Assembly: GCF_009914755.1 (NCBI RefSeq)
Contig: NC_060944.1
Length of the DNA: 64,000 nucleotides
From: the human T2T-CHM13v2.0 reference genome, Homo sapiens
Reading direction: 5' to 3' (one strand)
The notes below the pieces were generated by a model that was given only the letters and a program-made list of their open reading frames with translations, was not told the origin of the DNA and did no database searches. Position 1 is the first letter of the stretch. The number at the start of each line of letters is the position of its first letter. Shown here in pieces: positions 52,610-64,000 of this stretch. A program made the position numbers and the translations under genes.

Positions 52610-53228
52610 TGATCCACCCACCTTGGCCTCCCAAAGTGCTGGGATTACAGGTGTGAGCCACCACACCCGGCTAGGGTTACTGTCTTATATACTCCTCGTT
52701 GCCTTGAAAAGGCTCCAGAATAATACACTTATGTAAAAAGAATTGAGTTTGGCCTATTATCCTCAAACGGAGTCAGATTCTAGGACATTATTAAAAGATC
52801 TTTTTGGTGAATGAAATCTTAAAAGTTTATATCCCAGTGGACACCATAATGATTATGGATATTTTTATAATTTAAAAATTTGCTTTAATTCATCAGATTT
52901 TCTCTTAAGAATTTATCCTAAGGATGTGGCCTAAAGATTAAGCTACAAATGATGCTCATCACAGAGCTGTGCATAATTAGAAGCAACCTGGCCAGGCATG
53001 GTGGCTTACACCTGTCATCCCAGCACTTTGGGAGGCCATGGTAGGGAGACTGCTTGAGCCCAGGAGTTGGAGACCAGCCTGGGCAACATGGCAAAATCCC
53101 ACCTCTACAAAAAATTAGTTGGGTGTGGCACAAGACTGAGATGAAAGGAGCACCGGAGGTCAGGGCTGCAGTGAGCCATGATTGTGCCACTGCATGCCTG
53201 CCTGGGTAACAGAGTAAGATCCTGTCTC

Positions 53229-53393
53229 AGAAAAGAAAAGAAAAGAAAAAATAAAAGAGAAAGGAGGGCAGGGGAGGGGGAGAGGAGGGGGATGGGGATG
53301 GGAAGAAGAGAGGAAAGGAGAGGAGAGGAGAGGGGAGAGGAGAGAAGACGAGACGAGACGAGACGAGACAAGACGAGACAAGAAAAGGAGAAA
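53229..53393 (+). repeat. Composite polypurine pentamer repeat (GAAAA/GGAGA/GAGAC) grown from an Alu tail
   Basis: agaaaagaaaag...gaggagaggag...gagacgagacgagac. Confidence 0.9.
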
Positions 53394-53409
53394 TGACCTA
53401 AATGTCTCA

Positions 53410-53556
<147 letters not shown>

Positions 53557-53892
53557 CTACAAAAAATATAAAAATTCGCCAGGGTGATGGTGCATGCCTG
53601 CAGTTCCAGCTACTCGGGAGGCTGAGGTGGAAGGATTGATTGAGCCTGGGATGTCCATGCTGCAGTGAGTCATGATCATACCACTGCACTTCAGTGTAGG
53701 TGACAGAACAAAACCCTATCTCAAAAAAAAAAAATCATAGTATATACACATGTATATATTACATACACCTGAAATACATGGAAAGATGAGACAAGGGAAA
53801 GGAGGTAGGCAGAAGAGGTGTATGAATACTAACCATTTGATTTTTCTTTCTTTGAAAAAAAAAGATTACTAGTGCCTGAAGTCTTAGCATGA

Positions 53893-54207
<315 letters not shown>

Positions 54208-54630
54208 TGATCTCTTGAACTCGTGATCCACCCGCCTTGGCCTCCCAAAGTGCTGGAATTACAGGTGTGAGCCACCATGCCCAGCCGGGACATTTTCTTA
54301 ACAGACTCCTCGGGAAGATTACTGTCAGCTACCTTGTTTTCCCTGTCATTCAGATTTTAGAATTTTATTAAGTCTCTTTTACGTGTTTCATTAACATGTA
54401 TAAGTAGACTAGAAAACTTCTTCCAAAACACAATTAACAGGGGACAAATTAATGGTTTCAATAAACTATACCAGCACATTCTAATCTCAAACTTATTTGT
54501 TTTCAAAACATATGCATTGTCCACCTCACCTCCTTATGATTCACATTTCCATGTTGTCTGACACCCACTGTATTATGTACAGTGTGATCCAATGTGTTTT
54601 ACATATAATATGTTAAATTGGATAACTTAC

Positions 54631-54721
54631 CACAATCTATCATTTCAAAGTCATCATTTATATTTTTATTATATGCCACAACTTCTCTTGGAATACTTTT
54701 CAGCAGAACACTTCTATATAC
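54631..54721 (-). CDS. RBL1: RBL1 coding exon (probably exon 19)
   Basis: 91 nt, AG/GTAAG boundaries, phase 0-1: VYRSVLLKSIPREVVAYNKNINDDFEMIDC+G. Confidence 0.95.
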
Positions 54722-55026
54722 CTACATGCCAGAGGGGAAGAAAAGGACAGCTCAGTCACAGAGGTACAGGTTAAACAAAATCAAAGTGAGAAGAGCAAAA
54801 TATCAAACCAATTAAAAACTATTTGTCTGTATAAGTGATACTCAAGGGTAAAATGTTATTAGCTCTAGTAAGTATAGATTATAACACATACCATAAAAGA
54901 GGGGATACTGGAGAAGAGCCTACCATCTAAGATGGGCTTAGTTTATAAAACAGAAGAAATAGCAACTAAAGACTGATGATCAGGTTTTACTAAATGAAAG
55001 CAACTTTAAAGACCTGAATTTGGTCA

Positions 55027-55296
<270 letters not shown>

Positions 55297-56410
55297 TCAA
55301 ATACAAAACAAAATAAAACAAACAAACAAAAAACAAAAGACCTGAATTAATTCCTCCTTCTTCTTAATTCCTTACACAACAATCAATTGGTCTTTTTTTT
55401 CTTTTTTTTTTTAGAGACAGGGTCTCACTCTATGGCTCAGACTGGAGTGCAGTGGCACAATCATGGCTCACTGTAGCCTTGACCTCCTGGGCTCAGGCAA
55501 TCTGTCTGCCTTGGCCTCCTTAACTGGTGGGATTACAGGCGTGAGCCACTGCGCCTGGACCAGAGTCATTTGTTCTTAATGCAGCTTGTTTTTCTGCCCC
55601 CAGCCCATTCCCATCTCCTTTCAGATGGCCACATGAAAATCTTTTCCCTTCCCTGCCCCTAAACTATTTCTCACCTCTGAGATAGCTGGAAAGGCATGAT
55701 CCATTCCCCCTTGTACTGTATTATAGGTTACTGGTATTAAGAAGATATTCAGGGAACCATGGCTTGGCCCATTCTTGACTCACACTAACCTCACCTTAAT
55801 GATCTTCAAGGACAATCTAGAGCTTTCTAGGCTCTGTTCCTGAGGGATTTTCCTGAAGAAGCCCAGAAACTCTTAGCTTATCACAGGATATAACAAATAC
55901 CTGTACTTGGTTCTTCAAATGTCTCTATATTGCTTGCTATAATGTATTTTAGGGCTTAAACAAAGCTCTCTTAGAAGGGGATATAACTACTAATACTGAG
56001 GCCACATCTCTATTTTGGTCTGCAGTCTAGGCCACTACCTCTCTCTTTCTGTCTACAATTTCCAGGGCCAGAGAAGAGGCCATTATGCTTCCTAAGAGCA
56101 GAGCAACTAGGTTCTTGAATGATCAAACCCTTAAGGTAATTTACTTGTGTTCTTCAGGTACAATAATAACAACAATATGACATGAACATTCATTAAATGC
56201 TTATTGTGTGCCAGTCCACTCTGCTACCATGACTGAAAGGTTTCATGGAATTTTCACCACGGTCAGAACAATATAATCAGAAATGTTTAACATCTATTCA
56301 AAGATGCAAACATTAGGATGCTTAGCAGATGGCAAAAGAAGCTGTAGTTAGGTTAATGAATCCTCAAATTTCACTGGGTTTAAATATCATTAAAAAATAA
56401 AGTCATATAA

Positions 56411-56677
<267 letters not shown>

Positions 56678-57010
56678 TAATCCACCTGCCTCCACCTCCC
56701 AAAGTGCTGGGATTACAGGCGTGAGACACCGCACCCAGCCATTATACATATCTTTCATTAAATGAACAAATGGAATGGCAGAACTTATGAGAAGTATATG
56801 AAAGTATATGGATGAGTCGGAAACAGTCAGACTTCCTGGCTTCTATTGAAACTGTCCTTCAATGAAATTATCTCTTGAGTTTAATGTTATCCATTAAAAC
56901 AGAAAATCTGAAGTATATTAAAACTATAAAATAAGTTTACCTTTTATATAACTTGTCAGTGGAAAAGAGTAAATCTATTTTTGGACAGTAGGAAAAATAA
57001 TGTAACTCAC

Positions 57011-57082
57011 GTGACTATTAGCTTGGGGCTGATTCCTATAACTTTTCATAATTTCTTGAAAAGTTCTTTCTTCTTTTGTTAC
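57011..57082 (-). CDS. RBL1: RBL1 coding exon (probably exon 18)
   Basis: 72 nt, AG/GTGAG boundaries, phase 0-0: VTKEERTFQEIMKSYRNQPQANSH. Confidence 0.95.
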
Positions 57083-57821
57083 CTAAGGAAAATAAAAACC
57101 GCATTTATCAACTGCTTTTTGAAAGAAAAATGGCTCTGAACAAAACTTCAATTATAAGTTGGCACTGAGAGCAACCTTGCAGAAAACCATTAACCCCAGG
57201 CCAGTCCATGACTAAAAACCACTAACATTTATGATTTTTTCTACCTTTAAAGTTCAGGCTTTGTGGCCTGTGGGGACTCACTTAATAGTTTCATTAATCA
57301 AAAAGCAGTGAAACTGCTATGGTGTGACTCTACTGAAAATCCATTTCTTTATATAAAAAAAGATATAAGAAAACTCAAATCTGTTTAATTCCCTGCAGTC
57401 TCCAGTTTTATTAATTTTTAAGTACTTACTTAAAAGTAAATTAACCACATACGAAGGATTAAAAATATCTTACAGTGATGATTCTCAATCAAACTGAGTG
57501 GCTATTACAGGATTAGGTTTTAACATTTCAGGACAGACTGTAGGGTTTCTAATGCTTAGACAGAAGTCACAGTGGTGGCCAAAAGGAAGAAAATGGATTA
57601 GTGATCCAAAAAGGAATTCCTTCTGGGATCTCTGTGATCATAAACTTCACTTAAGTCACTCTTTTCCCCTGCTTCACTGTCCATTAGTGCTAAACCTGTT
57701 CTCTATAATGATGAGCTAGAAATGGCAAAGCCTGAACTCTAACAGTCTTCTGGAAAACACACGATTAGTTAGTAACATTTATCTTTTAATTTTTTAATTC
57801 TTTTTTTTTTTTTTGAGATAG

Positions 57822-58031
<210 letters not shown>

Positions 58032-58621
58032 TGATCTGCCTGCCTTGGCCTCCCAAAGTGCTGGGATTACAGGCATGAGCCTGCGCCCGGCCCTTCAGGT
58101 TGAGTTTTCTAACTGCAACTTCATCATTCTGCAAATCAGCAAGATACACTTCAAACACATGACTCTTGAAGCTATCAGATGCAATTTGGTTCCTTGAGTC
58201 CTGGTAACTAGTGTCTTTCCAGTATTTCTTGTATTGAACATAGTCGGTGCTTTTTTACATCAAACCAATCTTTCTTAAAAAATGAATCAACCATTTTCTT
58301 CTTTGCTCCCTTTTTGTTGCCTTTTGTATGGTGCATTTTCTCGTCAACCACCATAGTGCTGCAGTAACAATTATTAAGACCTATTTTTTACAGAGATTTC
58401 AAAGAGGCATTGTGGGAGGAGGGGTCACAAAGGAGTTTAAAAACATATGCTCTGTCTCAAAAAGCTGAAAAATCAAGTCTTAACTGTATACATCTGCTAG
58501 GACTGCCAGTGTGGCCAGTACAGTCAAGACAAATGATTGTATCAGATATATGAGAATTTTAAAAAACAAGCAAGATATGTTATTCCATGACTTAAAACAC
58601 GTTGTAGCAACTAGAAAGTAA

Positions 58622-58945
<324 letters not shown>

Positions 58946-59001
58946 TAGGATTATACGTGTGAGCCACCATGCCCAGCCTCTTCTCCCAATTTATACATTA
59001 C

Positions 59002-59178
59002 CTTTGCCATGATATAAAAGGCACAAAGGAGGAGCTGATCCAAATGCCTGTCTTTCATTAGATCAGGACAGTGAACTAAAGTGAATTCAAAACACGTCCA
59101 TATCTTCCTTCGTAACTCATTTGAAACATCCAGTTTTAGACATAGATCACGTAAGCGTACACTTGCCAAATGATAGAC
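59002..59178 (-). CDS. RBL1: RBL1/p107 coding exon (pocket B domain; probably exon 17 of 22)
   Basis: AG acceptor 59179-59180, GTAAT donor after 59002; 177 nt = VYHLASVRLRDLCLKLDVSNELRRKIWTCFEFTLVHCPDLMKDRHLDQLLLCAFYIMAK, containing the Rb-family B-box motif DRHLDQ. Exon numbering is from recalled annotation. Confidence 0.97.
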
Positions 59179-59462
59179 CTAAAATAGAAGGTAACACATT
59201 GATGCAAAACACCAAGTAAATCATTTCTCAAATTTTTATGTCTTACCAAGACCAAGATTAAAAAACATAGGCTGTTGATATACTAAATTAAATAAAATTT
59301 CTGTTCTATAGCACTAGTTCACTGCTATGGCAGGAGGATATAGATTAAAGCAAAACTACTTGAAAAAATTTTTTAAAGATGTCATCTATTACTCTATGCT
59401 GCCAACTATGTAAAGTAAGAAAAAATGAAATATAGGATTTACCTGCATCATGACAATTATGA

Positions 59463-59653
<191 letters not shown>

Positions 59654-61542
59654 TAGTAGAGACAGGGCTTCATCATGTTGGCCAGGCTGGTCTTTAACTC
59701 TTGACCTCAAGTAATCCATGCACTGCAGCCTCCCAAAGTACTGGGATTACAGGTGTGAGCCACTGTGCCCGGCTCGAATGCATAATTTTTCAAAGCTCAG
59801 AAGTCTCTGTCTATTCTCTTTGGGTTCAGGTAAAATTGCTAGGGGGTCTAACATGCCAAATAATAAATGAAATATTTGACTCCAAAAATGAGTCAGAAAG
59901 CAAAACCATTTAAAAAATTGCTCCTATATTCTACACTTTTTAGGAGCACAATGGGAACGAAACAGGAATGTTAAAATAAGTAAGATACAAAGTTGTTGTT
60001 TTTTTTAAAGCCTGTGAAAATAAATTCAGTTCAATTCCCTGGCCCTAGATCCTGCAAGATTGTTTTTTTATTTTAAGACTTGATAACCGTGATGTGGTAT
60101 TCCTAAACCAGACTATTCTATTCAAACTATTTTTTTTTTTTTTTTTTTTGAGACGGAGTCTCACTCTGTAGCCTAAGTTGGAGTGCAGTGGCATGATCTT
60201 GGCTCACTGCAACCTCCACCTCCGGGCTCAAGTGATGCTTGTGTCTCAGCCTCCCGAGTAGCTGGGACTACAGGCAAGTGCCACCACGCCTGGCTAATTT
60301 TTTTTTTTTTGTATTTGAGTAGAGATGGGGTTTCACCATGTTGCCTAGGGTGGTCTCGAACTCCTGAGCTCAGGTGATCTGCTGGCCTCGGCCTCCCAAA
60401 GTGCTGGGATTACAGGCATGAGTCACTGCGCCTGGCCCAAACTATGTCTTTAAATTTCCAGATGGAAAAAAAAAGTTACCCCTTACAGAAAATTATCTTT
60501 GGCAGAAAAATACCTACAAACCGAGCTTAAAAACTAATTTAAGCTACTCAGTGATCTAATATAAAGAGAGACAAACAGTTGACTCCAAAGCCACCAGTGA
60601 TTTATTTTACAGCAAACAAATTTTCTGCATCCTCTCCCCTTGTTTCTGGTCCAGCCATGCTCAGTAAATAGTAGGGTAAGAGCAGAGAGAAAGATGCTAG
60701 AACTTTATATTCATGAAAGGAGAAGATAAGATATATAGTCCTAGCTAGAATAATTAAAAATAATATGTAGTTAAGTAATACTTGGTAAAGTATCTTTTAC
60801 AGAGCTGATCCAATGCTTACAGGATACACATACGCTGGAAGGCTTTTGATTCTAACATTCACAGTAAATTCTATTTAGGCATAGAACACCAGCATCACAC
60901 TGAGTTCAGCATAGATAATCGTTATAATTTACTCAATGAATGGTTATTTTGAATTTATTATAGATTCAGACATTTCAGTTCCTTTTATATTTTCTAGCTT
61001 CTAATCTATGAGCAGGTTATAATTAAATGAAAGGAAAAGGATGTTAGATTCTAAAACAACATTCAAAATAAAGAATTCACCAAAAAGTCTTATTTCTGTC
61101 AAACTTAGGTTAATTATCAGAGGCAATAATTTGCCATTTTGAAAATTAAAAATGGTAAGTAAATGGGGAAACTGCTATATTTTCAAGCTCTGTTGTTAAA
61201 ACAGTCCTTAGGCATAGGAGGGGGTGAAGGGACAGAGGAGAGAAGCCAGTAAAGGTGGTGAAAAGAGCAAGACTCTCCCTCAACCATCCCAACTGCCAAC
61301 CAAAGCAGCTCTGCTTTCATATATTTTGTTTATACTTCTGAAGACTATTTCATTCAAAGAAGGGATTTCCCTAAAAGATGAAATTCCTTGGAGAATCAGT
61401 TGCTCCAAAACCCACAATGTAATGAAAATAAATGAGCTATAATTGAAAGGAACAGAAGACAAAGAATGGTTGTAGAAGCTATAAATGAGTTGTTTTCCAG
61501 TGTCTGTCTCCTCTTCTGCAATAACAGAACCCTTAACATTTA

Positions 61543-62034
<492 letters not shown>

Positions 62035-62048
62035 TCATCATGGACTGA

Positions 62049-62279
<231 letters not shown>

Positions 62280-62861
62280 TAGAGATGGGGTTTCACCATG
62301 TTAGCCAGGATGGTCTCGAACTCCTGACCTCATGATCCGCCCGTCTTGGCCTCCCAAAGTGCTAGGATTATAGGCGTGAGCCACCGACCTGGCCAGGACC
62401 TGGGTTCTTAATGGTCGTGGTAACCACAGCAGTCCCATACTATTTACACAGACTTTATGTGAAAGATAAATTCTCTTGTTTAAGCTACTATTATTTTCAA
62501 ACAGCTAAACTGAAATCTAAGAAATAAATAGATAATCACTATGCCCGAGGTCAGAAAACACATTAGAGGTACTGTGAAAGAAATAGGATTTGATATAAAA
62601 ATGTAAAAAATAATCCTCATGTTTTATCTTAATGTAAAATTATCTAATTCAGAGTGTGGGCTGAGACCTTCCATGACATCAAGTGACAAAAGAATGGAGA
62701 AAAACATGATTGAGGAAGAGTATAAATTAAAGAAGATTTATTTAGCATAGAGAAAAAAGGACATATAAAAAATTATTGCCGGGCGCAGTGGCTCATGCCT
62801 GTAATCCCAGCACTTTGAGAGGCCAAGACGGGTGGATCACGAGGTCAGAAGTTCAAGATCA

Positions 62862-63092
<231 letters not shown>

Positions 63093-63740
63093 TCACACCT
63101 GTAATACTAGTACTTTGGGAGGCTGAGGTGGTGGATCACTAGGTCAGGAGATCGAGACTGTTCTGGCCAACGTGGTGAAACCCTGTCTCTACTAAAAATA
63201 AAAAAATTAGCTGGGCATGGTGGTGCGTCCCTGTAATCCCAGCTACTCGGGAGGCTGAGGCAGAGAATTGCTTGAACTAGGGAGTCAGAGGTTGCAGTGA
63301 GCTGAGATTGCACCACTGCACTCCAGCCTGGTGACAGAGTGAGACTCCATCTTAAAAAAAAAAAACAAAAAAAAACAACAAAAAAAAACCAAAAAATTAT
63401 TACAAGAACAATTAGTTGGGCATGGTGGCTCACACCTGTTGTAATCCCAGCACTTTGGGAGGCTGAGGTGGGAGGATCGCTTGAGCCCAGGAGTTCAAGA
63501 TGAACCTGGGAAACACAGCGAGACTCCATTTCTACCAAAAAAAAAAAAAATTTAGCTGGGTGGGGTGGTGCATGCCTGTGGTCCTACTACTCAGGAGGCA
63601 GGAGGATCTCTTGAGCTTGGGAGGTAGACTGCAGTGAGACATGATCGTGCCTATGCACTCTAGTCTGGGCGACAGAGCAAGACCCTGTCTCAAAATAATA
63701 ATAAAAAAAGAATGATTAGTAGAGAAATACACTTAAATTT

Positions 63741-63860
63741 GCCTGTAGACCCAGGTACTCGGAGGGTAATGAAAGAGGATCACTTGAGCCTAGGAGTTTG
63801 GGCTCTAGCGTGCTATAACTGTGCCTGTGAATAGTCACTGTACTCCAACCTGGGCAATAG
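63741..63860 (+). mobile_element. FAM/7SL-derived Alu monomer
   Basis: gcctgtag..gatcacttgagcctaggagttt..gtgcctgtgaatagtcactgtactcca. Confidence 0.65.
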
Positions 63861-64000
63861 AATGGGCTAGCCAACCATCTAGCTGTGGGATGCACTGCAG
63901 TCATGTTTGGTTATAAATATCTGATTAACATGTCTATCTTATCAGAAGCTGATGATTCAAAATGTGCTCGTAAGAGATAGGACAAATTCAAGTTATGTCT

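Overview
Primate (human-like), extremely Alu-rich genomic DNA. The right half holds the 3' end of RBL1 (p107, retinoblastoma-like 1) on the minus strand: six coding exons with canonical GT-AG boundaries and consistent phases (59002-59178, 57011-57082, 54631-54721, 43755-43903, 40046-40210, 35102-35272), plus a ~2.4 kb 3' UTR ending near 32700. The left half (1-32600) is intergenic and made almost entirely of retroelements: a solo LTR5 (HERV-K), a fragmented MER50/HERV-FRD-like provirus with a syncytin-2-like env remnant, solo LTR7-like and LTR18-like LTRs, MST and full-length THE1 MaLRs, and an SVA. Two more SVAs lie in RBL1 introns. Nearly all supplied ORFs are Alu/SVA/LTR translations. The most notable structure is a complex rearrangement: 359-4178 is a mosaic of three inverted copies of sequences at ~15940-18531, ~8535-9795 and ~18650-18945, joined inside chimeric Alus. 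It also splits a MER50 LTR and its provirus into opposite orientations. I see no evidence for a novel protein-coding or CRISPR-like system. Repeat subfamily names are from recalled consensus sequences, not a search.
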